Positions 16,716 to 25,422 of a DNA stretch of 29,506 nt are shown one piece after another; the first letter of the stretch is position 1, and every line of letters starts with the position of its first letter. The DNA comes from a virus (lineage: Duplodnaviria > Caudoviricetes): positions 1-29,506 of the IMG/VR virus record IMGVR_UViG_3300002307_000174; one strand, 5' to 3'. Position numbers and translations under genes: made by a program. The notes beneath the pieces are model-generated. The model ran no database searches and was not told the DNA's origin. It was given only the letters and a program-made list of their open reading frames with translations.

Positions 16716-16721
16716 TAAATA
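16716..16721 (+). promoter_or_regulatory. TAAATA late-type promoter
   Basis: gacTAAATAg between the helicase stop and 16743. Confidence 0.6.
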
Positions 16722-16742
16722 GTATCACAGGATCTTTATCTT

Positions 16743-16988
16743 ATGCAAAAGAAAACACGAAGCCTCTTGGAGGAATTGCAATCAATAGGTGAGAACCGTG
16801 ATATCAATCATATCATTGAATCACGAGCCTCAAATATCATTACAAGTGCTATCAATCTCATTGAGTTGATGCAAAAGCACTATCCTTCTGAGCGGGCCGA
16901 ACTACTTGAAAAGAAGTTGCTCAGTGCAATTAAAGGTAAAGATCAAGCTAGATTTGCGAAAAGCTTGAGGAAGAAAAATGAAGATTAA
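16743..16988 (+). CDS. hypothetical protein
   Basis: 81-aa helical ORF. Confidence 0.75.
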   Translation: MQKKTRSLLEELQSIGENRDINHIIESRASNIITSAINLIELMQKHYPSERAELLEKKLLSAIKGKDQARFAKSLRKKNED

Positions 16989-17829
16989 TGAGTTCAAGGC
17001 TAAACCAAAGAAAAAGATGAATGAGGTTAGTGTAGGATGGTCTGCATTGAAGGGTATTCTCAGTGGACATGGTTCCCAGCAACAACTTACTCAAGACGTT
17101 TTCATAGACGATTTCATTAAAGACGCTTTGATCTCTATAAAAAACGGTATTAGCGGCGGGATCATTGATCTTTCAACTGGCAATACAGCAAAGAATCCGT
17201 CAGATCAGAAAAATAATTTCGCCGCACCTCCTAGCGGCGGCGTGAATAAGGGCGGCGCGACCAAACAACCTGCAAAGACATCTCCGGGTACTATTGCGGG
17301 CAAAGGTAATAATTTTACTGCAGGCCCATCACCTAAGGTCAACTTCAAAGAATCTAGATATGACAAACTAAACGTAATCTTTGAAAGTATCATATTAGGT
17401 GAAGAGGATACTACAACAACACCACCAGCAGCATCACCGACTACGCCTAAAGATAGATCACTTCAAGCATATCTTCGGACATGGTATAACGGTTGGATGA
17501 GAGGTATCAACTGGAAAGTAGAAGAGGACCATGTTAACTCGCTAATACAGAATGTTGCGGACACTTATAGCAAAGATAGGGGCAAAGCAGCATTAACCCA
17601 ATTGGCTAAAGCATCATTCGCTATTGCTAAAGCGAATAAAGGCGTACCGTATGGTGCTGATAATGCAGTATCAAAGGCCGGCGGGGGTGGCGTCGCGGGT
17701 TCTGAAAAAAGGACTCCAGAACAAATAAAAGCTGATATAGAAGCATTGAATAAGCTTAATCCAACCGCTACTACTGCTCTAGTAACTGATCTACTCAAAA
17801 CTTATGTTTCCGGAGCCAAGCCTAGATAA
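16978..17829 (+). CDS. hypothetical protein, possibly internal head protein
   Basis: MKINE start; low-complexity G/A/P/T linkers; GAGG RBS. Confidence 0.7.
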   Translation: MKINEFKAKPKKKMNEVSVGWSALKGILSGHGSQQQLTQDVFIDDFIKDALISIKNGISGGIIDLSTGNTAKNPSDQKNNFAAPPSGGVNKGGATKQPAKTSPGTIAGKGNNFTAGPSPKVNFKESRYDKLNVIFESIILGEEDTTTTPPAASPTTPKDRSLQAYLRTWYNGWMRGINWKVEEDHVNSLIQNVADTYSKDRGKAALTQLAKASFAIAKANKGVPYGADNAVSKAGGGGVAGSEKRTPEQIKADIEALNKLNPTATTALVTDLLKTYVSGAKPR

Positions 17830-17864
17830 ATCTGATTCAAAACCGGGTTTTTTTCGTAAAGGCA

Positions 17865-17870
17865 TAAATA
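17865..17870 (+). promoter_or_regulatory. TAAATA late-type promoter
   Basis: gcaTAAATAc followed by a small TGAGA/TCTCA hairpin and the AAGGA RBS. Confidence 0.6.
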
Positions 17871-17914
17871 CTTTTATGAGACTTTGATCTCACATTTTAA
17901 AAGGAAACTATACA

Positions 17915-18346
17915 ATGGCACAGTTTACAAAAGTAAATGGTGATTATCAATCAGTAATGCACTTAGACTCCCCAGCATATACCAACAATGGTCTTAATGC
18001 TGTAACTTCAGGCTACGTAGTTCAACTACAAGGTCCAAAGCTTGACTATTTCACAACTTCAGCTTCTGGTTCAAGCACTTTCAGCACAACCCAGATCAAT
18101 GTAATCGTTGAAACAATTCAACAATTGGCTACTATCTATCTGTATCAATATACTTCAGGTACTCCTGACACATTCGCATACGCTGTATATCCAGCTGGTG
18201 CATGGTACATTGACAGCAGCGGACCAAACGGCGCTAACGCAAACGTAGTTCTTGCTATCAACACAGCACTTACTTCAGCTTCAGTTGCTAATACTACAAC
18301 TGGTGCACTCGGTGCAACATTCGTTGCAAGCACTGATTCCCCGTAA
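17915..18346 (+). CDS. putative virion structural protein
   Basis: A/T/S/N-rich 143 aa; own late promoter and terminator. Confidence 0.7.
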   Translation: MAQFTKVNGDYQSVMHLDSPAYTNNGLNAVTSGYVVQLQGPKLDYFTTSASGSSTFSTTQINVIVETIQQLATIYLYQYTSGTPDTFAYAVYPAGAWYIDSSGPNGANANVVLAINTALTSASVANTTTGALGATFVASTDSP

Positions 18347-18369
18347 TATCTGATATTACACCTAACATG

Positions 18370-18402
18370 AAACCCAGGAATTTAATTATTCCTGGGTTTT
18401 TT
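18370..18402 (+). terminator. Rho-independent terminator
   Basis: AAACCCAGGAAT-ttaatt-ATTCCTGGGTTT followed by TTT. Confidence 0.9.
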
Positions 18403-18408
18403 GTTGAG

Positions 18409-18414
18409 TAAATA
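18409..18414 (+). promoter_or_regulatory. TAAATA late-type promoter, leaderless
   Basis: TAAATA 5 nt upstream of ATG 18420. Confidence 0.6.
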
Positions 18415-18419
18415 CTCTC

Positions 18420-18863
18420 ATGTCACATCGTATCGCTGCATGTACCTTGTTTGATATCACTCAAACTGGCGTGATGAATAGGTCTAGGCCTGATCATGAT
18501 GGTATAGATAACTGGCTCCACAGGCGTAATACACAATGCAACTTTGATACGCTGCTGCAAGTCATATCTATGCGAAGCCAACCTGAAGTCATCAAAGTGC
18601 CGATCAGAGTAGACTTGAAAGAAGACAACGATCAATTTGGTTTCTTGTATGCAAAAGAAGAAGATAAGATAAAACACTTCTGGAGATTTGAGTTTGATGT
18701 CCAGCACTCAAGCGTATTTGAGAACGGGATTATAGCATTAGGTTCATTGTATAATGATTGTGACGGCGTGCCTATGATATTATCCAAAGATCAATTTGAG
18801 AAGATTCCAGCATTTCTAGATGTGACCGATGAACTGCGAAATATATATTTTGAACTGATTTAA
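18420..18863 (+). CDS. hypothetical phage protein
   Basis: TLFDITQTG...RNTQCNFDTLLQVISMRSQP; 147 aa. Confidence 0.8.
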   Translation: MSHRIAACTLFDITQTGVMNRSRPDHDGIDNWLHRRNTQCNFDTLLQVISMRSQPEVIKVPIRVDLKEDNDQFGFLYAKEEDKIKHFWRFEFDVQHSSVFENGIIALGSLYNDCDGVPMILSKDQFEKIPAFLDVTDELRNIYFELI

Positions 18864-18894
18864 TGTTAAATACTAACGAATTAGGAGAACTATT

Positions 18895-19398
18895 ATGGTA
18901 GGAACTGAGAGACATAAATATGATGTTAACATCCGATCAACTGACATTGACGACTTGAAAACACAACTAGCAGATGTAATGGCCCAGCTAGATACAGCAC
19001 AAATTGCTTTGGCTAAGATTAAAGTAACTGATGCTGCCAAGGCATCACGAGCTAGAGCTAAAGTCTATACACTTGAACTTCGTGCAGAAAAGCTCCGAGA
19101 ATCTATCAATGGTCGCCTTATGGTAAATCAAAACACTACGATTTTGAATCGCCTTGCCGAGATCACAGCAAAGAATGACTGCTTGCGTGTGCGATTCCTT
19201 GATTGGTTCGCTGATAAGTTAGATCAATGGTCAGCCGCAATACGAGTATATGCTATGAGCATCAGCAAGCCATGTGCTATAAAGTTGCCAGCGAAAAAGG
19301 AAGAAAAGCCAATAGCACTAAGAACGATGTGGACCCTCAAAACAGATTGGAACCTCAAACCGCAGGCTCCAGCCCCTCAATGGATTAGAAAAAGGTAA
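18895..19398 (+). CDS. coiled-coil hypothetical protein
   Basis: TAAATA (18867-18872) and AGGAG RBS upstream; heptad-like N-terminal half. Confidence 0.7.
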   Translation: MVGTERHKYDVNIRSTDIDDLKTQLADVMAQLDTAQIALAKIKVTDAAKASRARAKVYTLELRAEKLRESINGRLMVNQNTTILNRLAEITAKNDCLRVRFLDWFADKLDQWSAAIRVYAMSISKPCAIKLPAKKEEKPIALRTMWTLKTDWNLKPQAPAPQWIRKR

Positions 19399-19403
19399 AC
19401 ACT

Positions 19404-19670
19404 ATGTCAACAGATATGGAAGAAGGTTTTATAGACCACGATACCGGAAACAAAGCAAGGGAAATTATTAAAAAATACCTGTTTGAACCGATATCAGAAG
19501 AAACATGTGATCTAGTCATGGAAGACGTCCGTGCTACCTTCGGTGAAGATATTTCTGCACAAGTGATGATGGATACTGACACCAATGATCTTGAAATCAC
19601 GGTTCGTGATAAAAACGGTAGATACCTAAGATGTTCTGCGTTAGAATTTAGATCCAGCCCAACAGAATAG
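19404..19670 (+). CDS. acidic hypothetical protein
   Basis: 88 aa, tightly packed. Confidence 0.7.
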   Translation: MSTDMEEGFIDHDTGNKAREIIKKYLFEPISEETCDLVMEDVRATFGEDISAQVMMDTDTNDLEITVRDKNGRYLRCSALEFRSSPTE

Positions 19671-19671
19671 A

Positions 19672-20160
19672 ATGACAACTGTAACCAAACTTGACAAGTT
19701 CTTTGATAGCCAACTCAAGTCTGATATTCAGGATGTGTTGATAACAAAGGATAGCAATGGTAGATACTCATTATTTGGAAAATATTCCATAGTGCCTACT
19801 AATATTGGTTATCACAAAGTAGTTAGCGGTTCAATGGAATATCCTATAGAATTTGTGCAGTTAAAAAATGCAGTAACATGGTGCACACTAGTCAATGCCA
19901 ACAAACATAGAGAAGCGAAACGAGTAGTAGACCTTGATCTACGTTTGTGTAGTATTGACTTTGATCTATCGGTTCATAGGAATATGCTCAGAAAGTCAAG
20001 TGAATCGGATGCAAGATGGGTCTACATTATTAAAGTTCAAGAAGACATATTTAAAAGAAGGGTAATCGTAGAAGAGATAAACTCCTATGTAAATAGTTCA
20101 AAGACTATTCAACACCGCAAGTTTAATCAGAATAAAAAGCCCAATTTTAAGTTTATGTGA
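19672..20160 (+). CDS. hypothetical protein
   Basis: 162 aa, tightly packed. Confidence 0.75.
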   Translation: MTTVTKLDKFFDSQLKSDIQDVLITKDSNGRYSLFGKYSIVPTNIGYHKVVSGSMEYPIEFVQLKNAVTWCTLVNANKHREAKRVVDLDLRLCSIDFDLSVHRNMLRKSSESDARWVYIIKVQEDIFKRRVIVEEINSYVNSSKTIQHRKFNQNKKPNFKFM

Positions 20161-20192
20161 TAAATACTAACACAAACACGAAAGAGTGACCT

Positions 20193-20882
20193 ATGAATCT
20201 TAATGAGTTAGACAATAAGAATGTTGCAAAGAAAGCATTGAAAGAATCCTTTGGATACCACTTTGATCCTTCTAATTTGAATAGGCTACAAACTAGCCAG
20301 ATGCTTCAGAAGGTTAGAGGATTGATCAATGAGTCAAGACGCTCCCCTGATTATCATAAAAATCAACGCAATCCAACACACATGAAGCTGGTATTCGTAG
20401 AGCAATCTCTTTCAGCACACCTCAAGAATGCCCCGCGACCACGCATCGTTTTTGAGAATGAAGAAGTTGAGAAGTCACAGGTTATTCTTGCTGCACAGGA
20501 TATGGTTGATTCGGTTCAGAAGATGGTAGAAGAAGTAAGTGACATGCTTGTCAAGGAACTTCCTGCTCTAGTAGATTCTATTGAATCCGAGATCGGGGTG
20601 AACGAGAGCGATCAATTCAATCAGCAGGCCTCTGAGGCACTTTCTTCGCTCAACACTGCACTACAACAAACCCAAGCAACTCTCAAGAGTGCATTAGGAA
20701 CAATCACTGGTCAAGGTGGTCAGGAATTCGGCGGAGAACTACCCGGAGCCGAAGCAGATGCAGTTGATGGTATGATGGACATGGATGCAGATGTAGATTC
20801 GGATTTAGGAGCTGAAGCACCTCCGCCGCCTCCAGAAGGATCAGACGATCTATCAGGCAATGTCGGTCGTTTAAAGAGGTAA
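20193..20882 (+). CDS. helical acidic protein, possibly prohead core/scaffold-like
   Basis: TAAATA at 20161-20166; coiled-coil centre; acidic Pro-rich tail ending GRLKR. Confidence 0.65.
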   Translation: MNLNELDNKNVAKKALKESFGYHFDPSNLNRLQTSQMLQKVRGLINESRRSPDYHKNQRNPTHMKLVFVEQSLSAHLKNAPRPRIVFENEEVEKSQVILAAQDMVDSVQKMVEEVSDMLVKELPALVDSIESEIGVNESDQFNQQASEALSSLNTALQQTQATLKSALGTITGQGGQEFGGELPGAEADAVDGMMDMDADVDSDLGAEAPPPPPEGSDDLSGNVGRLKR

Positions 20883-20884
20883 GA

Positions 20885-21226
20885 ATGTTCCTCTTTGAAC
20901 TAGATGATGACACTCAAATCTCTCCTCAAATCGTTGCTCTAACAAATCAGTTGGAGCAAGAGGTTAATGATGGCGATGTTGATGCGGACAATTATACTCT
21001 AGCAGAACTGCAAGACTATTTCCAAGATTATGACATCATCTTGGATGATGAAGACTTATACAATATGATTTCAGTCCCGCCCCTCAAAGACCTTATCTCT
21101 AATATCAAAGGGAATAAGGTAATCTTCAAAGGTTATTCAGACACATCAGACGTTGACACAACTGATAAGACAGATGATGACAACAAGAAGACCGTAGCCA
21201 AAATGGCTCACAAGGCATTAAAATAG
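20885..21226 (+). CDS. very acidic hypothetical protein
   Basis: GAGGT RBS; D-rich; basic C-terminus VAKMAHKALK. Confidence 0.75.
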   Translation: MFLFELDDDTQISPQIVALTNQLEQEVNDGDVDADNYTLAELQDYFQDYDIILDDEDLYNMISVPPLKDLISNIKGNKVIFKGYSDTSDVDTTDKTDDDNKKTVAKMAHKALK

Positions 21227-21236
21227 CCCAAACATG

Positions 21237-21265
21237 TTGACATTAACTACTTTGTGTAGTAGTAT
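21237..21265 (+). promoter_or_regulatory. sigma70 promoter, probably leaderless
   Basis: TTGACA, 17 nt, TAGTAT (21260-21265); ATG 5 nt downstream at 21271. Confidence 0.75.
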
Positions 21266-21270
21266 GAATA

Positions 21271-21984
21271 ATGGCTATAACTAATAAATTCCCCTACGAC
21301 GAGATGAAGAAGGTAACTGTTGATGGCTCACGCCGATACCTTGCTCCGGACGGGTCTAAGTTACCCAGTGTAACGACAATCCTAGACGCTACTAAGTCAG
21401 ACGAATCTAAACAAGCCCTAGCAAATTGGCGAAATCGTGTCGGCCCGGCTAAAGCACAAGAAATCACTACTGAAGCAGCTGGCCGTGGAACTCGTATGCA
21501 TAAGTGGATTGAAGACTTCATCAAAGAAGACCTTCGCAGTGATCCTGGTAGCAATCCATATAGTCAACAGAGCCATCTGATGGCTACTCAGATTATTGAG
21601 AATGGGCTGTCCAAATGCAATGAGTACTGGGGAACTGAAGTCTCTCTGTATTTTCCTGAAATCTATGCAGGAACTACAGACTTGTGCGGAGTTCATGACG
21701 GTGCTGACGCTATTATGGACCATAAGCAATCTAATAAAGTCAAGAAGCGTGAATGGATTGAAGATTACTTTGTGCAGACCACTGCTTATGCAAATGCTCA
21801 CAATGAAGTCTATGGCACAAAGATTCGCAAAGGCGTAATCTTCATGTGTGTGAAGCCTGAACTTGTAAATGGAATGTGGGCCAAACCGGAATATCTAGAA
21901 TTCATCATTGAAGGCAATGAGTTTGACAAATATTCCGATATGTGGTTCAAAAGACTAGAACAATACTACACTAAATTCTTATAA
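21271..21984 (+). CDS. PD-(D/E)XK superfamily exonuclease (RecB/lambda-exo/MGME1-like)
   Basis: LPSVTTIL, RGTRMH, YAGTTD...IMDHK, YFVQTTAYA motifs. Confidence 0.85.
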   Translation: MAITNKFPYDEMKKVTVDGSRRYLAPDGSKLPSVTTILDATKSDESKQALANWRNRVGPAKAQEITTEAAGRGTRMHKWIEDFIKEDLRSDPGSNPYSQQSHLMATQIIENGLSKCNEYWGTEVSLYFPEIYAGTTDLCGVHDGADAIMDHKQSNKVKKREWIEDYFVQTTAYANAHNEVYGTKIRKGVIFMCVKPELVNGMWAKPEYLEFIIEGNEFDKYSDMWFKRLEQYYTKFL

Positions 21985-22036
21985 AGGATTCTAATCTTTA
22001 AAGACTAAATAAGTATATTAGGGTAAAGATATACTT

Positions 22037-23098
22037 ATGGCAATCCTTCAAATCAGCAAGATACAGCAACGTGCAGGTAATTTAGTAGACCTACCACAGT
22101 TAGATGAAGCCGAATTCGGCTGGGCATCTGACAACAAAAGGCTATTCATCGGTAAAACTACACCTAACGAGAACGTAGAAGTCCTAACTGGATATTCTAG
22201 TATCTATTTCAGTCAGATAGACGGGTCAGTAGGAAATCTCAATATCACTGCATTATCTCTTGCTAATGGTGAAATATTAGCATACGATGGTGCTAGCTGG
22301 GTAAACAAGGGCGGGGTGGCCGGTGGACTCATAACATTGGGTTCTGTCGCTAACGTAAAAATTACTGGCGGCACTAACGGATATGTGTTACAGACAGATG
22401 GCACCGGCAATCTAAGTTGGACAGCACAGACTGGTGGAAGTGCTGGCAACGGTATTCCGGGTGGATCAGATTCTCAGATTCAATATAATAGTGCTGGTAA
22501 CTTTGCTGGCGGGGCAGGATTTACTTGGAACAATGCATCTAACCTATTAACTGTTACCGGAAATGTTTTGAGTGGCAATGTTAACGGCAATCATTTCGGT
22601 AATGGCTTCGGACTATCTGCACTCGTGGGTGCCAATGTTACTGGTAATGTAGCAAGTGCGACGACTGCCGGCACGGTGACAACAGCAGCACAACCAAATA
22701 TCACTTCCGTCGGCACATTGACATCACTATCGGTTATAGGTAACGTAAGCGGTTCTAATCTGATCGCCAACTCGTATACTATTCGCTCAGTTTCACCTGC
22801 ACTATCAGCCGCAGGATCGTCGCAAGGCACGGCTACTGTCCTAACCAAAGAAATTAATGTCGTAAATACAGTAGTTTCAGGAGCTAACGGTGTTCAATTG
22901 CCAGCCGCCTCTCCTGGAATGACAATATACATCACGAATACAACTGCTAACACACTCAACGTCTATCCGGCGTCAGGCGCAGCAATAGGCACCTTATCTG
23001 CCAATGCTGCACTTGCCCAGTCCGGAAACGGAGCTACTATCCAGTTCATTGCACCTACCACAACACAGTGGTATACAGTCGGCGCAACCTACTCCTAA
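22037..23098 (+). CDS. tail fibre-like protein with Mtd_N/hyaluronidase-type N-terminal anchor
   Basis: ILQISKIQQRAG...LPQLDEAEFGWASDNKRLFIG N-terminus; fibre motifs GYVLQTDGTGNLSW, SQIQYN, AAQPNITSVGTLTSL; TAAATA at 22006-22011. Confidence 0.7.
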   Translation: MAILQISKIQQRAGNLVDLPQLDEAEFGWASDNKRLFIGKTTPNENVEVLTGYSSIYFSQIDGSVGNLNITALSLANGEILAYDGASWVNKGGVAGGLITLGSVANVKITGGTNGYVLQTDGTGNLSWTAQTGGSAGNGIPGGSDSQIQYNSAGNFAGGAGFTWNNASNLLTVTGNVLSGNVNGNHFGNGFGLSALVGANVTGNVASATTAGTVTTAAQPNITSVGTLTSLSVIGNVSGSNLIANSYTIRSVSPALSAAGSSQGTATVLTKEINVVNTVVSGANGVQLPAASPGMTIYITNTTANTLNVYPASGAAIGTLSANAALAQSGNGATIQFIAPTTTQWYTVGATYS

Positions 23099-23122
23099 CT
23101 CCTTTAAATCTACCCAAAATGA

Positions 23123-23191
23123 TAAATAAATCATAATACTCTCATTCGGAGAGTTTATGCAGTTACCCACTGCGTACCAGCTAGAACCTGG
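23123..23191 (+). promoter_or_regulatory. TAAATA promoter and three-hairpin structured 5' leader
   Basis: TAAATA 23123-23128; stems ACTCTC/GAGAGT, TATGCAGT/ACTGCGTA, CCAG/CTGG. Confidence 0.55.
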
Positions 23192-23212
23192 ACTAACATA
23201 AAGGAAAAACAA

Positions 23213-24679
23213 ATGGGACGCCCACTAAAAATCGCTAAAGCACAAGCCGTGCTTACCATGACTGCTACAGCAGCTACTGGTAATCTAGTAACAGTCACTG
23301 AAACCCTATCACAGCCTACTAACGGTGTCACTAGCACATCAGGAGAAGGTATTCTTGCTGGTATGCCATTCGTAGTAGCAACAAATTTCGGCAACTTGCT
23401 CGCCGGTACAATCTATTATGTATTGAAAGTAGTATCAGCACATACATTCACTGTTTCAGCAACCGATCTCAGTGCAAATCCGAACTCAACTCCGTTCGCG
23501 CTTGCTAACGCTTCAGGCTCAGTAAAGGCTACAGTAGCATTTACTGACGCATACTTTAACAACCCAAATACAAATGGCAGCACTGGTTATCCCGCAGCAA
23601 GCACTACGACTTACTCAGTGGTCGGCGGCAACACTTCAATCTACGGTAAGCAGGTTCTTGCTAATGTTGCTATTGGTCAGGCCGCGACCGGTAAGATCGC
23701 AACAGCAAGCACAAGCAATCTGGTCTATGCTTCGGTTGACCCTTTTACTGAAATTTCAGCTGGTAGTGTCATTCAAGCCAATGTTCCAAATGTCAATGGT
23801 AGTACCAATGATCTAGTAACAATTGGTTTTGTTGCTTCAGTCAACTCCGAGAAAGTATTAGCAATTACTAGTACAAAAGCTACTGGTAACTATCTTGTAA
23901 CTTCAGGAAATGCACAGACATTGACTAGTGGTGTTGTTTGGTTTAATGCAAATATCGGTGGTAACATCGTAGCTAATACTCCTTACTATCTAGGCACTGT
24001 TACTAATGCAACCCACTTCACTGTATTGTATAATCCAGCCGGTGCAAATGTTCCGGTAACTACTGGCAATGTCGCCGCTGCTAACTTGTATCAACATACA
24101 GCAGTATTGACTGCAAATGCTACAACAACATATTCAACTCCGGTTAACTTTGTGTATGCTAAGTCAGAAGCAGGGTTCATTGTTCGTCAAAAGGGCAAGC
24201 AGAAGTATCTTGTAACAGGTGCGACGTCCGGTCTTACGGCGCAGTGCTATCTTGCAAACCTAGCTAATACTGCTCTTCTTCCGAACACAATGACTATCAC
24301 TGGTACATATGCGAACTCAGGTACTGTAAAGATTCAATCTCTAAGTGATCATAATCTCGGTTCATTCACTACAAGTTCTAGCCCCAGTGCTCTTGCAAAC
24401 ATCGTTTCTCCGGGTCAGCCAACTGGAACTCTAGGATATATTAATTCATCTCCTGGATTTGCAACATTCAATAGTGCATTCGGTCCTGTTATTGCAGGAG
24501 CATTTGTCACAGGTAGTAGTTATACTATCGTCAGCGTTGGCAATACTAACTTCACCTTGATTGGAGCTGCTTCTAACACTGTAGGAGTCTCCTTCGTTGC
24601 TACAGGCGCAGGAACTGGTACAGGAACTGCATCACTTCAGGGTATTCCTTATCCTATCTTGACTATCGGCAACGCATAA
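23213..24679 (+). CDS. putative virion structural protein
   Basis: A/T/S/G/N-rich 488 aa; internal repeat (IYYVLKVVSAHTFTV / PYYLGTVTNATHFTV); AAGGA RBS. Confidence 0.75.
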   Translation: MGRPLKIAKAQAVLTMTATAATGNLVTVTETLSQPTNGVTSTSGEGILAGMPFVVATNFGNLLAGTIYYVLKVVSAHTFTVSATDLSANPNSTPFALANASGSVKATVAFTDAYFNNPNTNGSTGYPAASTTTYSVVGGNTSIYGKQVLANVAIGQAATGKIATASTSNLVYASVDPFTEISAGSVIQANVPNVNGSTNDLVTIGFVASVNSEKVLAITSTKATGNYLVTSGNAQTLTSGVVWFNANIGGNIVANTPYYLGTVTNATHFTVLYNPAGANVPVTTGNVAAANLYQHTAVLTANATTTYSTPVNFVYAKSEAGFIVRQKGKQKYLVTGATSGLTAQCYLANLANTALLPNTMTITGTYANSGTVKIQSLSDHNLGSFTTSSSPSALANIVSPGQPTGTLGYINSSPGFATFNSAFGPVIAGAFVTGSSYTIVSVGNTNFTLIGAASNTVGVSFVATGAGTGTGTASLQGIPYPILTIGNA

Positions 24680-24689
24680 GGTAAAAACA

Positions 24690-25007
24690 ATGTCAACACT
24701 GTCAGTACAACCGAAACAAACAGAAACTGATATTGCAGTTCTTCAAGTACAGTATTCAAATCTCACAGAAAAAGTTGATGAGTTGAAGACTGGTTTGAAG
24801 GAAATGCGTGATGTCATTGATGACAATAATACTGTCATTCAGGAAATGATCACCGCTTTTCAAAAAATTAATGTAGAATCACATAATGAGATGACAAAGA
24901 AAATAACTGCACTAGAGAAATGGAAATGGATGTTAATGGGGGGAGTAGTGCTAGCCGGTACTGTAGTAGAACCCTTGCTATACAAAATGTTTGGGGCTGC
25001 TCACTAA
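24690..25007 (+). CDS. coiled-coil protein with C-terminal membrane anchor (XhlA/holin-like)
   Basis: Heptad repeat followed by LEKWKWMLMGGVVLAGTVV hydrophobic segment. Confidence 0.55.
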   Translation: MSTLSVQPKQTETDIAVLQVQYSNLTEKVDELKTGLKEMRDVIDDNNTVIQEMITAFQKINVESHNEMTKKITALEKWKWMLMGGVVLAGTVVEPLLYKMFGAAH

Positions 25008-25405
25008 GTAAGTAGATTCAATTTCTCAATAACTATATCAATATTGATAGTAGAAAATAGGCCTGGGTGCAGCGGTTTAGGATAACTTCCCGATTGCACC
25101 CAGGCATATCCTATATGTTCCTCATTTAATACAGGAACAAACTCTTCTTTTACTTCGCAGAAAAATGTGTTATAAGTGAAAGACTTGTTTACGAACTTCT
25201 GAATAGGAATAAGTTTCCAATCAGGATTGAATATACCGATCTCTTCAACACATTCTCTTTCTATTCCTTGTAATAAGGTCTCTTCCGGTTCAAGCTTTCC
25301 GCCCGGAATGCTCCAAGTGGTGTGTTTGGCATCTGCTCGCAGTAAGTATAGATATCTTCTGGATGAAGAGCTATAAAAGAACACACCTGATGCTATCATC
25401 GCCAT
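25004..25405 (-). CDS. Nudix hydrolase
   Basis: Nudix box GGKLEPEETLLQGIERECVEEIG; LNEEH...W; TAAATA at 25410-25415. Confidence 0.9.
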   Translation of the reverse strand: MAMIASGVFFYSSSSRRYLYLLRADAKHTTWSIPGGKLEPEETLLQGIERECVEEIGIFNPDWKLIPIQKFVNKSFTYNTFFCEVKEEFVPVLNEEHIGYAWVQSGSYPKPLHPGLFSTINIDIVIEKLNLLT

Positions 25406-25422
25406 CTTTTATTTATTGATGG

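Noticed and set aside
17838-17854. AAAACCGGGTTTTTTT as a terminator
   Set aside because: The GC stem is too short to form a convincing hairpin with a loop.
21271-21984. Cas4
   Set aside because: Lacks the four-cysteine Fe-S cluster pattern and has no CRISPR context; a generic PD-(D/E)XK nuclease fits better.
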